NCBI RefSeq assembly: GCF_006345805.1
Contig: NW_021832563.1
Coordinates: 1-64,000, forward strand
Direction of reading: 5' to 3'
DNA from: Octopus sinensis
Lineage: Eukaryota
DNA: 64,000 nucleotides
Shown here: in pieces, positions 13,203 to 25,292 of the stretch
How positions within the stretch are numbered: position 1 is the stretch's first letter
Layout of the letters: each line of letters begins with the position of its first letter
The notes under the pieces: generated by a model
What the model was told of the DNA's origin: nothing
Database searches by the model: none
The model's input: the letters and a program-made list of their open reading frames with translations, nothing else
Program-made: the position numbers and the translations under genes

Positions 13203-16200
13203 TTACAGATTTACGCTTAAAATAGTGTCGTCTTTCATACTGACCATTTTTGTCACTTTTACCCACTTTTTATTAAAACATTCGTTCGACAAAGCCTTCC
13301 TCTCTATTCTCATCCTCCTTTTCAAGTGGTACTTGGAAAAGTTGACGAGAGACTGACCAGAGAGGAAGGTGTTTGTTTGCGGTCCTTTCAAACGCATCCA
13401 CCACACACATTACTTCGCCATAGCCATCAGCGTAACGAAAACCGTTTTCCCTTCCCGTTTAAAGGAAGGTGGTGGAACAAAATACACGATAGACTCGGCC
13501 GATAGGCGGTCCCGTCCTACACGTGACAACAGCTGTTCGACGAACCCCACAGCTCTGAAATATCTGGACACTGCACGAGTGCGTGCAGAACGGTTTCGTC
13601 GCTCTGACCGCATCTCGGGCAGGTCGGTCCGGTGGTGGGTTTCGAATCGTGCCTGTAGCTCTTCTCTCGAACAGGTAGTGCGTCTCGATAGCATTACCAA
13701 GCCAGGGATATTTGGAAGTTATCCATAGGCCCGAACGTCGTCCTGAACAGGCGGGTTAGGAATTTCTCGTCGACGCTCAGATCTGCCCCGAGTGTGTCGT
13801 CGGACCTCCCCTCCACTAGTCCTCTATAGAACACGTTGGTCGTTTGGAAGTTGTACAAGTTTAATCCCGGGCGGCAGAGCTGCTGTAGAGCTTGGCGACA
13901 CTCTCGGTGTCAATCGCCCAGTTTCGGTCTCTTTCTGATCCATGTTTGCAGTTCGGTCAGTGAGACGAGCTGCAGGAAGGCGCGCCTCACAAACGGCGCC
14001 CACACCTTTTCACCGTCGTCGATGAATTTCCAGAGATGCCGCAGTCTCAGCGCATGCCTGCGCATCATTAACCACGGCATGCCCAGTCCTCCATTTAACG
14101 GATGTTGACAGCAAATGGATCGCCTCACCGTCGGAACGCCACCCTTCCACAGGAAGCAGAAGAGTATGCGTTCTAATTTCGTGATAGTAGCATCGGAACA
14201 AGGCACGACGGTCAGGCGGTAATCGATGACGGATGTGATATACGCATTAGCCACCTCCGCCCGACCTTTTAGAGACAGATTTCTCTCGGCCCATGTTTGG
14301 CTGAGAGCGACCACTCTACTCGTGATCTCGTCCCAGTTCTTATCCATTTAGAGGTCCAGACTGAACCAGACCCCGATCAATTTAACCGGTCCGTCCGTCC
14401 AGCGTCCCACTACTGAGTCGCTGTTGGGCGGCATGGGCTTGCATCTCCAGGTGCCGAGTAGCAAACCCACTGACTTTTCCGGGTTAATGTTCGCTCCCTT
14501 CGCCGTTTCGTATTCTTTTAACGTCTCGCCTATCATCTTGATGTGTTTGTCGCTCGACACTATGACGGTGACATCGTCCGCATATGCCGACACGTTCGTC
14601 CCGCAACCCAGTTCCCGTGGGATGTCCCTCAGTGTCGCCATCTTCCGCAGTAGCGGCTCGAGAGTCAATACATACAGAAGCGCCGACAGGGGACATCCCT
14701 GGCGGACCGAACTCGTGATGTCAAACGGTTTCGACAGGTGACCGGTCACCCGAATTACCGATCGGATGCCGCAATACAAGGCAGCGATCCAACCGCGGAA
14801 GACGGGACCGAAGCCAGCCGCCCTGAGGACGGCCGCCAAGTACTGATGGTCGACCCTATCGAAGGCTTTAGACTGATCCAAATTGATCAGCGCCCCACCC
14901 ATGCCAGGATCCTTAACTACCCTGTCCACGATGTAGCGCATCAGATGGAGGTTGTCATGGATGGTTCTGCCCGGCACGGCGCATGTTTGCGCCTTGTCGA
15001 TCAGCTTATCGTTTTGTTGCCAGTTGCAGTAGACTGATGCCAATAGGTCGCCAAAGAAGTCTGGCGTTTGACAATACAGCTCGTAGGGTAGACCATCAAA
15101 ATCAGGCGACTTATCCCTCGCGCAGCCCACCATCGCATCCCGTACGTCGGCAGCTGTGATGGGTCTCTCACAACACTCTGCTTCTCTTGCAGGCCGGTCA
15201 GGTAGGCACTGAAGTTCTTCCTGCATTCCGACCCACCACTCGCAGCAAACAGTCGAGCAAAGTGCTGTTGAAAGGCCTCACACATCCTTTCGGGTTCGAG
15301 TAAATTGCATCCCTGTTGATCTATTAGAAACCGAATGGTGGCTCTGTTGCCACGATGCGCCTCCGCTACCCGGGCCTCTCGCGCAGCTTTGATCCCTTCG
15401 TTCCTCAAGGCACGCATTTTAGTTCTGACGACGCAAACTTCGTGTTTGGCGTTGAGGTGTTGGTCGAGGGCCATCCTCGCAGCCAGCACGCTGGTTGCGC
15501 TGCCAGTGGTAAGTGCCTCTTCTAGTTTCTTAACTAAGTCTCCCTCTGCTCTATTTCGATGTATCGCTAATTCCTTGCAAAGCCTAATTGATTCCGATTT
15601 TATTGCCATTTTCAGAGCAAACCACCAGCGGTTGTTAACGATGGCTCCCGTTAACTCCCTCTTAATTAACTCGCAAATCCGGTTCCTGTAAACCTGCCGC
15701 GCTCAGAGCGACGTGTTCAGTTTCCAGTAACCGGGACCCTGCCTATGTGTCTTATCTAAGTCGAGCGTACACGTCACAAATTTGTGATCTGTGTAGCTGA
15801 CAATTTTAAATTGTGGACATCCTATACTATCTCTATCCTCTGTCCTAGATAGAACTCTATCTAGATACGATCTCGACGATCCGACGCGGTTTGTCCAAGT
15901 CCACGTTGGCACATTCGGATGGTCGAGACAAATGGAAACGTCTGAGCAGGTCTTTGAAGCACTTACATCCCCTTCTCTTACTATCCATTCCCACATAATC
16001 TAGATGCGTGTCCAAGGTAGCGTTCCAATCCCCTACTAACAGTAAAAGTCTAGACATTACCAGGAAAACTTCTAGATGTCTGAAGAAATCCGCCCGACCC
16101 GTTAAGGACGGTGCATACACTGCCATCAGACGGAATGCACACCCATTTCTGCCATCCACGTCCAAGACAACCAGCCTACCCTCCGGGTCTAGGAATATTG

Positions 16201-16460
16201 ATCTTACTTTGACGTTTAGACTCTTTCGAAAAAGCACCGCGGTACCTCCACCACCCATGCTTTGCAGACAGGAAGAAAAATAAATGTCGAATTGACTGCC
16301 AAACATGGATGCGAGGGCCCGCGGCTTACTGAGTCTGGTTTCACTGATAGCTACTATATCCACGTTCAGTGACTTGATGTCGTTTAGAAGGTAACCTTGC
16401 TTCCAAGCCGACGCCAAGCCACGCACATTCACACAACCTAATTTAAGTATTATTGATGGT
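13203..16460 (-). pseudogene. Tx1-like ORF2 (APE endonuclease, reverse transcriptase, zf-RVT), frameshifted with an internal RT deletion
   Basis: NVRGL..DIVAISETR, LLVGDWN, SYLDR, SYTDH (APE); LDQSKAFDRVDH, VRQGCPLSALLY, AYADDVTV (RT); CPRCGQSDETVLHALVQC near 13550-13610. Split over track ORFs 15857..16432, 15703..15996, 15001..15609, 14348..15226, 13910..14347, 13410..13700, 13203..13406. Confidence 0.93.
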
Positions 16461-16504
16461 CGAAAATTTGTTTCACAAACAACAGTGAAAGAGACGAGAG
16501 GGAA

Positions 16505-18503
16505 TGTTACTTACTCATTTCGAAAGTTTGAGTAGTTTCCTCCTCTTTTGGGATGTCTTTGAGGAGGTACTTAAAAAGTTTTTTTTGATAAATACTTCTG
16601 GAACCCCCTGACCGTATTTGGAAAGAGGGTTTTGAGTGTGTTGTGCTGCGTTTGTGTGAAGTGTACTATTTTTATGTGTGTCGGTGGTGTAGTGCGTGGA
16701 TGGCTGTTCAGTTTATAGACATCTTCACAAACGTTTGTGTGAGATGCGATGTGGTTCATTAGTTTTGTATTTTCTGTGTCTATTGCTGTTTGTTTTTTTG
16801 TTTTGTTTTTGCGGTGTTGTTGTTGGTTTGTATGTGTAAGGGACTATCAGGAGTTATATATCTCCCTGCTTTACCTGTATTTGCTTGTTTCGTGGGTTTT
16901 TTTAGTCTTTTCCTTTCTCCCCTGTGGCTATTTGCCATTCTGTCGAACTTTCCTCGTTAGACGAAAAGTCTGACGAATCAGAAGGGGGTAAAGGCAAAGC
17001 GTTTGCATCTATATGTGTGTTTTTTGAAGGTGTTGTTGTTTTGTGTGGTGTTTGTGTTGTTGGGGTATTAGGGGCAGAATTTGTCTTTTCGTCATTGTTA
17101 TTTGTTTTCTTGGTTGTTGTTCTTGGTGCTGGTGTTGGTGTTGGTCTGTATTTTGATGTTGGTGGTGATGTTTTTCTAGTTGATTGCGATGTCGAAGGTA
17201 ATTGGTGATGTGGTTGGTGAAGGGGAAACAGTTTTTGCATCGTCTGCTATTTTTCCTGTCTTTTGCGTTGAAGGTGGTGTGGGTAGCAGAGGTTTTCTTC
17301 CAGGTTTTGGGAGTGGTTGCAGTTGCTGTTGCCTATTTCTGGCAGCAGTTGGGCAATCATATCTAAAGTGTGCCTCACTGTTGCACAAATAGCATCTTGG
17401 CCTCCTGCCCTCCACCACTGCATACAATTTTCGGTCTTTTGTCTGTTGAACACTGGTTGGTAAATTATTTATTGCTTCTTGAGAGATTTGAAGCATTATT
17501 TCAAGCGACATTCCAGAGGAAAGCTGGACTGGTAAAAGCCAGTCCAGCTTTCCTCTGGAATGGCGGCGATTTCTAAAATATCTGCTTCTTCTATATTGAA
17601 GCAGATGGCCGACACCAGCCACTGGATATCCACTTCTAGAGGAACATTGTTTATTTTTATTTTCGTTACTCTGCGCCCAAGGTAGCTAGGTACCATTGTT
17701 ACCTGGTCTGTGCGCAGAGTAAGCGTCGAAAACTTCTTCTCTAATTCTTCCGTATGGAAGTGGACTTGCACGGTAGCAAATTTACACCCCCAATTCACAT
17801 AATTTCGGAACTTCCACACAGAAGCGAGGCACTTCTCAATCTTTTCTGCAGCTGGGCTTTCTGGTTTCTTTGTTTTGGTGTTAAGTATTTTGTAGATGAT
17901 TGTCTTCTTTTGTGCCTCTTCCAAAATGTTACGTGGGATATTTAGGTGTATTGTGTCGCCTTCTTTGGTGAGTAAAGATTTTGTTTCCTGTATTTGTTGT
18001 GCAGTAAATTTTAAAATTCTCCGTTTCGGTCTTATTGCCTCCGCGAAATTTGTCTTGTTTTTGTGGTGGTGGTGGTGGTGGTGTTGGTGGTGATGTTTGT
18101 GGCAGAGTCGTTCGTAGTAGAAGATGACTGTGAAGCTGTCGTCGGGTTGTTTACCAGTTTTTGTGTGGCGGTGGCGGTGTTAGCGTCCATGCTCACACTT
18201 GCGCCTGTGTTGCTTTTCCCCTTCTCCCCTCCTTCAGGAAATTGTGGTGAAGGCGGTGTAGGGAAATCAACGTCGTAAGGAGGGTGTCGGTGTTGATGGT
18301 GGAATCATTGGTGGCGGTGACGGTGAATGGCCTTGCGACCTTGGTTTTGTAGTTGTTAAGTTGTTGATGCTGATGGTGGTGGTGGTGGTGGTGCTAGTGG
18401 CGTTCAAACTGTAAGGTTCAGCGTATAGTGGAAGGGAATCTTGCTCTTTTGTTTCGGCGTCACGCTTGACTTACGTCTTGGCCTCGTGGTGACCAGTAGC
18501 CAT
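16505..18503 (-). pseudogene. Tx1-like ORF1 (gag-like; RRM-like region and CCHC zinc knuckle), disrupted
   Basis: AAAAATGG start at 18503 with an early stop; RRPRCYLCNSEAHFRYDCP in ORF 17176..17622; RRM-like segment in 17496..17924; T/P/K-rich low-complexity flanks. Confidence 0.8.
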
Positions 18504-18814
18504 TTTTGAAAATAAATATGGCTAACATAAAACCACGAAGCCTTTGAGAATTTCTTAAAACTTTTGCCCACAAAGGGCGAAATTTTGTGTGGATGTTAAT
18601 GAAAGTATGTGTTGGGTGTTGTTGTACACCTTTTAGACATAAAATGTTTGACAGTCAACAATTTTAAACGTAGAAAACTACCAGCTTACCTGGAGCTCAT
18701 TTGACTTGCGTCCGTCCAGCCCTGGAGGACTGGCTGAATAATATTGTTAGCCTGGTGTGTCAACAGAGAGCTTATGAAATAGTTTTCTCGGATTGATAAT
18801 CCCTCACTATTTGT

Positions 18815-18900
18815 TATGTATGTATGTATGTATGTATGTATCTCTCTCTATATATATATTTATCTAACTGTCTGCCTGCCTGCCTGCCTGCCTGTCTGCC

Positions 18901-18958
<58 letters not shown>

Positions 18959-18982
18959 TCTATATGTCTGTCTGTCTGTATG

Positions 18983-19071
<89 letters not shown>

Positions 19072-19110
19072 CTATGTATCTGTCTGTCTCTCTACCTATC
19101 TATCTATAAA
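18815..19110. repeat. (TATG)/(TGCC)/(TGTC)/(TATC)n compound microsatellite
   Basis: Directly visible. Confidence 0.95.
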
Positions 19111-19150
19111 CATACACATACGAATACGTATACATCCACAATTACATGTA

Positions 19151-19534
19151 TCTCTCTCTATATAAACGGCAGTTTGTCTGTGCGTGTTTCTGTGTGTCTG
19201 TTTGCTTGTACCCTCACCCTGACCACGGCTTTCAACCGATTCTGATGAAACTTGACACACACATAGCCCAATGTCATAATTCAAAACTAACGCAGCGAAA
19301 ATTTTGAACAGTTCCCCCAGTTCTGAAAAAAACGATAAATTCGACATGGGGTCGAGAATCAGAAACACAAACCACAAACTGTCTAGGGGACGCAACTCAA
19401 ACTTTTTTAACTCTCAAAAAAAAATTTACCATAATTTTTTTCCATTTTTTTGCTATTTTTTGGCTATAACTCTCTAAAAATGCTTTATAGTTATTTCCCT
19501 TACAAACCTGAGCAACGCCGGGCGATACTGCTAG
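19151..19534 (+). mobile_element. Non-autonomous Helitron
   Basis: 5' A|TC start, subterminal CGCCGGGCG hairpin, 3' CTAG|T end, no TSD. Confidence 0.8.
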
Positions 19535-20242
19535 TATATATATATATATACATGCATACATGCATACGAACGTACACATATATGCTGTGTTCATCCACAT
19601 CAGTGATATTATTTCATAAAAAATACATGGGTCATATTTATAAAAGGGGGTCATGTATAGGGTTGTGGTGTTCGCTTCGCTTTTGTTCATATTTTCCTCG
19701 GATTTTTCAATTAAAAAAATCCCCGGAAAATATAATTTGAAGAATTAAACAGGAAATTTCCTCACACCACTTTGCAACTCTTCTTTCCTTTCATTTTATC
19801 TTGCTATTCACTACTTTTCGTCACGTGAAGCCATTTTTTAATTGAAATACGGCTTAAAATTAATCTGTCACCAAAAAATTCCCCCAAAATGCGGCTTCCT
19901 ACCGGGCCGCAAGTTACTCGGCCGATATAACCACAGGTCCCTTCTCACGACCGTTTTTGGAACAAGATGCACAACAATAATATATGGAATAGTTCCAACA
20001 GGAACAAAGCAAAGAACGTTTTCAATCCTACTGAGTGGTAAATATTCGCGATGTACAATCAACTTCTTTATTAACCATGAGTTTGAGAAAAAGAGGGGAC
20101 GATACGAGGACAGACAAAACAGACAAGGCATAATAAAAAATAACAACAACAACAACAACAACAATAATATTGCCTTTTGTTCATCTGTCATTGTGCCATT
20201 GGTTTATTGTCATCTATATGTCTCTCATCAAGTAAACTACCA

Positions 20243-20993
20243 CTGCTCGTTTCCTGTGCTGCCCAAGAGCAAGCACCAAGGACAAACTATATAAGATACA
20301 GAATTGACAACACAGTGATAAGTGCAGAATTGACAGTGATAAGTGCAGAATCTGCAGACCAAATAGTGAAACCGTATGGCATATAATTACCAGCCAATGT
20401 GAGCCACTAGTCCAGAATGAATATAAGAGACGCCACGACGATATAGCAAGGCTTGTCCATTGCACACTTCGCAACAAGTATGGACTTGACAGAGCAAAAA
20501 ATTTGTACGATCACAAACCCGAAGGCATCTTCGAAAAGGATAATGCAAAAATCCTGTGGGATTTTAGGATTCAGTGCGACCGTGGGATTGAGAATAAGAA
20601 GCCAGACATTGTGTTATTTGAGAAAGAAAGCAAACGATGCTGCATCATAGATATAGCATGCCCAGCTGACAACAAGGTATGCTTTAAGAAAGAAAGAAAA
20701 GTCGATAGATGTGACAGGTTAGCTTGGGAGGTTAAACTGTTGTGGTCGATGAAAAAGGTGGCAGTAGTACCAATAATTATCGGAGCCCTGGGAACAGTGA
20801 GTAAAAATCTTGAGAACACAGAACAAATAGGGGCTGCAATAAGGGAAGGGTGGAGCACTTGCAAAAGACAGCACTGCATGGAACCGCTCGAATACTCCGG
20901 AAGATGTTCGAAAATAAGAGGTGTTACTTTAGTTCACTGGTAGTGAACAGCTGAAACCGTTGTATGTCTCCAGCGTTAGAAGCTGTTCAAAGT

Positions 20994-20997
<4 letters not shown>
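20243..20997 (+). mobile_element. R4/Dong-like REL-endonuclease retroelement, 3' fragment 1
   Basis: CRICRPNSETVWHIITSQC (CCHC), KRRHDDIA, ILWDF.IQCDR, KPDIV, IIDIACP, VPIIIGALG; ends in (AAT)n. Confidence 0.88.
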
Positions 20998-21038
<41 letters not shown>

Positions 21039-21151
21039 TAATAATAATGATAATAATAATAATAACAACAACAACAACAACAACAATAATAATAATAATG
21101 ATAATAATAATAATAATAACAACAACAACAACAACAATAATAATAATAATG

Positions 21152-21228
<77 letters not shown>
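20998..21228. repeat. (AAT)n/(AAC)n microsatellite
   Basis: Directly visible. Confidence 0.95.
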
Positions 21229-21239
21229 CGTGGACTATG

Positions 21240-21575
21240 ATGAGAGAGTCTGTCATTCCAGTAGTAGTAGTAGGGTTACTCGGAGTGCTAGCAACCAAGT
21301 TCGAGAAATATGTCAGAGAAATCTAATTGACATGAGACATGAGAGCATGAGAGACATGGGCTTCCTTAAGCCCTACAAACTTGCTCTGCGGTGGCCAGCT
21401 AGGATTTTGAGATTGGTACTTGGATGTTGAATGTCTGCCACGATAATTAACAACCAAATATCAAAGCTTGTAATGTGCGGAAAGAGACACTGTGGGACCT
21501 CGAACAACAGACTACAGTCCACCATTAATAGAATCTACTAGCACAAAAACCAAGCGTTCTGAGAAGAAAAACAAC
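21240..21575 (+). mobile_element. R4/Dong-like 3' fragment 2 (degraded)
   Basis: Translates in pieces to VIPVVVVGLLGVLATKFEKYVREI and KLALRWPARILRLVLGC*, homologous to the REL C-terminus; followed by (AAC)n. Confidence 0.7.
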
Positions 21576-21623
21576 AGCAACAAGAACAAGAAGAACAACA
21601 ACATCAACAACAACAACAATAAT

Positions 21624-22196
21624 AAATGCCCTGATGCAGTACCAGGCAGTGGCTCTCATGGCTTCTGATCTTAACTGATTGGAAGTGTTATCATGTACAT
21701 TGTTTTGTCTTGGTATAAAAGATGGGTTACAGCAAATATTCTGCTCAATACCACAGATTTGCTTGTCAGTTGTTTGACCTTAACCAGTTGAGCATGTCCC
21801 TTAGTGGCTGACGATATGTGCATCTCTGATCACGAGCAGAAGTAGTGGGGGAGCATCATAGCCATGTGTTGAGAGGGATTCTTTGGGGTTTGAATAATTC
21901 ACATCTGGAAACATGGGTGTTTCGTTCATAATCCTTAAACAACCCAGATTCAAAGAATTTTCTAGCGGGATGGGCTACTCGACCAGAAGAAAATTCTAAC
22001 TGGGCCCCACCTGCAAGGTCATGTGCTGTTTACCTTGATACGAGATCACTATGTTCCGCAAATATGGTTGTGATGCATGTACCTAGTGTACACTTATCAG
22101 ACGGGTAGTCATGATGGGTATACTGGGCTTCTTATATTTGTACCCCGGTGTCACTTTTATGGCATGTGTAGTTCTCTTTCTTTTTCTCTATCTCTT
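21624..22196. mobile_element. ~560-570-bp non-coding interspersed repeat flanked by (AAT)n, copy 1
   Basis: Colinear, highly similar copy at 33792-34349; no ORF, TIR or tRNA head seen. Confidence 0.85.
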
Positions 22197-22254
22197 AATA
22201 GTAATGATGATGATAATAATAATAATATAATAATAATAATAATAATAATAATAA

Positions 22255-22285
<31 letters not shown>

Positions 22286-22286
22286 T

Positions 22287-22521
22287 GCTGCTCATATCCT
22301 ACGCAAAATACTCTCTATGTAATCCCAAGGTTTAAAACAAACTTTTTATTTTAAAAATTTATGTATTAGACATTCACTAGTACAACACCAAAAAAACCCC
22401 CCAAATATATGGCACACTAGGCATAACAACAACGTGAACTTCCAACCTGTTGTCTCTTGAGGCCTCTGGGTGAGACTTGGAGCCAACTTGTACAAATGAA
22501 AAGCAAAAGTCAAACATAGAA
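22287..22521 (+). mobile_element. R4/Dong-like 3' fragment 3
   Basis: 22287-22322 translates AAHILRKILSM* (REL C-terminal GTA.ILR motif), then 3' UTR and (AAT)n. Confidence 0.7.
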
Positions 22522-22541
22522 TAATAATAATAATAATAATG

Positions 22542-22585
<44 letters not shown>

Positions 22586-22586
<1 letters not shown>

Positions 22587-22710
22587 GTTGGGGTGGGATG
22601 AGTCGATTATGTCGACCTCAGGGTTCAACATGTACTTATTTTCTCGAATACGAAAGGATGAAAGGTAAAGTCGACCTCGGCGGAATTTGAACTCAGAACG
22701 TAGAGACAGG
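22586..22710 (-). mobile_element. SINE family C, partial
   Basis: Reverse complement of the GAGTTCAAATTCCGCCGAGGTCGACTTT core. Confidence 0.8.
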
Positions 22711-22973
22711 CGTAATAACGATTCTACCATTATCTATATTTTTTGTTGGATATCTTCGTGGATAAAAATGGTCTTTAATTTGCACTACAAAATGTATTTT
22801 TGCACTAATTATGGAATCGTATGATATGCGGCCAAGTCTTTTTTTAAAGAACTCGCTTCTAGAGTTGCATTCCGTCGCGTTCGGTTCACTGCGTACATTA
22901 TGGTAGTTTTGACTTTGAGAGTCCCTCATAGCGTGAGGCTTTTATGTGTATTAATGCCCTTAATATATATATA

Positions 22974-23059
<86 letters not shown>

Positions 23060-23064
23060 ATATA

Positions 23065-23187
23065 TACGACGGGCTTCTTTCAATTTCCGTTCGTCGGCCC
23101 GAGGTTGTAGTAGAGGACACTTACCCAAGGTGCTACGCAGTGGGACTGAACCTGGAGCAAGTTACTTACCATACAGCCACTCCTGCT
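23065..23187 (-). mobile_element. SINE family B, partial
   Basis: gacgggcttctttc...gcagtgggactgaacc matches other family B copies. Confidence 0.75.
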
Positions 23188-23509
23188 TGTGTGTGTGTAT
23201 ATATGCGTGAAACCGCTTATATGTACATCAACATGCATGTATGGACACCAAAAAGCTGTGTGACATTTCCAATATGTTCATACACACACACACACACACA
23301 CACACAGAGAAAGACAGAAACAAACACATTTACCATTTATACATTTGCACACACACACGCGCGCACGTGCACATACACACACAATCTCCACAGTGACGTG
23401 AGCACTTTACACATACATATGTTTGTGCGCATTCTTTTTTGAACATAAACACTCACATAGAAACGCACACACTGCACGCGCTCCCACACAGACACACACA
23501 CACACACTC

Positions 23510-23545
23510 TTGCTACTACTACTACTACTACTACAACTACCCTTC

Positions 23546-23583
<38 letters not shown>

Positions 23584-23632
23584 GCTACAACTACTTCTAC
23601 TACAACTACTACTACTACAACTACTACTACTG

Positions 23633-23669
<37 letters not shown>

Positions 23670-23670
23670 A
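23510..23670. repeat. (ACT)n microsatellite
   Basis: Directly visible. Confidence 0.95.
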
Positions 23671-23898
23671 AGCATAAATATCACCATCAAAGCCACAGTA
23701 GAATCGTTACGTCATCGATAAAGCAGATCTTTAAAACACGCAATAATTGGAAAGAACAATAAAATAAAATAAAATAAAACAAACGAAGAAAAGGAAAACG
23801 AACATATAGACACAGACTGAAATACACGCAACACAAGACACACATTCACGCATGCGCATTACGTAATGTAATCCTGATATATCTCGTGGTTCCACTAC

Positions 23899-24150
23899 CT
23901 GCATCTATTAGCGGAAGTGATTTCTTTTGATACGTAGACGCCATCTTAACAAGTCTATCGGTTTTCTTTTCTTGTTGTTTTATGTTATTTTATTCTTGTT
24001 TTTTTTGTTGTTGTTTTGTTGCTGTAACCATTGATGACAATAATCATATTCGCAGTTGAGGTATCCGGTTTGTTCTTGTTTATTTATTTTCTTTTGTCTT
24101 TTTTATTCTACATACCAACGACGCCGAGAAGGACGACACGGAACTGTATA
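23899..24150 (-). other. Candidate first exon (A-rich leader, AAGATGGCG start, MASTYQKKSLPLIDA, donor CAG|GTAGTG)
   Basis: Sequence motifs only; peptide not recognised; donor is weak. Confidence 0.25.
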
Positions 24151-24366
24151 TACTGTAATCGTAATAGCAACAGCAACAACGACAACAACAACGACAGCAA
24201 CAACAATAATAATGGCAATAATAGTAATAGTAATGATGATGATGAAGAATTTGATAACAATAATAAGAACATTAATGATAATAGCAATAATGATATAGCA
24301 CAGTGTCGAAAAAACAGTGCATTAAAAGAAAGTGAAGATGATGATAATAATAATAATAATAATAGC

Positions 24367-24414
<48 letters not shown>

Positions 24415-24422
24415 TTAATAAC

Positions 24423-24455
<33 letters not shown>

Positions 24456-24663
24456 TATTATAATAATAATAATAACAATAATAATAATAACAATGATAAA
24501 ATAATAATAATAATAATCGTAGTACCCCTCCTCTTTTCAGCGCGAACCGGTTTACGAAACTAAAGCTGTTTTTACTCCGCCCCAACAAAACGCACGCCAT
24601 CTTTTGAAATCCGCCTTTTTAATCCCCCTCTCGCTCCGTTACGCTCTCCTATCTGTTTGTCAT

Positions 24664-24694
<31 letters not shown>

Positions 24695-24767
24695 GACGAC
24701 GACGACGACGACGACGACGTATCTCACTATATTACTTATCTACCTCTCTCCCTCCCTCGCTCCTTGC

Positions 24768-24833
<66 letters not shown>

Positions 24834-24870
24834 CTATCTTTAGCAATCTCTCTCTCCCTCTCTGTGAATA

Positions 24871-24923
<53 letters not shown>

Positions 24924-25148
24924 CATACACACCTATTAACACGTACATACTACATAAACATATATATACGTGTATATATATGTATATGTATATATGTATG
25001 TATGCATATATGTGATCATTTATGTGTAAATACACATATACATACATCCACATATATATATACATATTTATACGCATGTATTTAATATATATGTTCGTGC
25101 ATATATATATATATAATATATATATATATATGTATATATATATATGTA

Positions 25149-25181
<33 letters not shown>

Positions 25182-25209
25182 CCCCTCTCTATCTCTCTCA
25201 CTTTATATG

Positions 25210-25292
<83 letters not shown>

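Larger units (their letters stand above)
12892..18700 (-). mobile_element. Near full-length degenerate non-LTR retrotransposon, L1/Tx1 clade
   Basis: ORF1 with a CCHC knuckle, ORF2 with APE + RT + C-terminal CCHC, 3' UTR ending AATAAAAACATA; 5' boundary approximate; no TSD found. Confidence 0.93.

Noticed and set aside
13203-16460. Programmed frameshifting in the LINE ORF2
   Set aside because: There are many frameshifts, plus stops and a deletion; decay or homopolymer sequencing error explains them.
21624-22196. Ribozyme inside the 560-bp (AAT)n-flanked element
   Set aside because: CTGACGA and CTGAAGA occur, but I found no properly placed GAAA/NUH with supporting stems.
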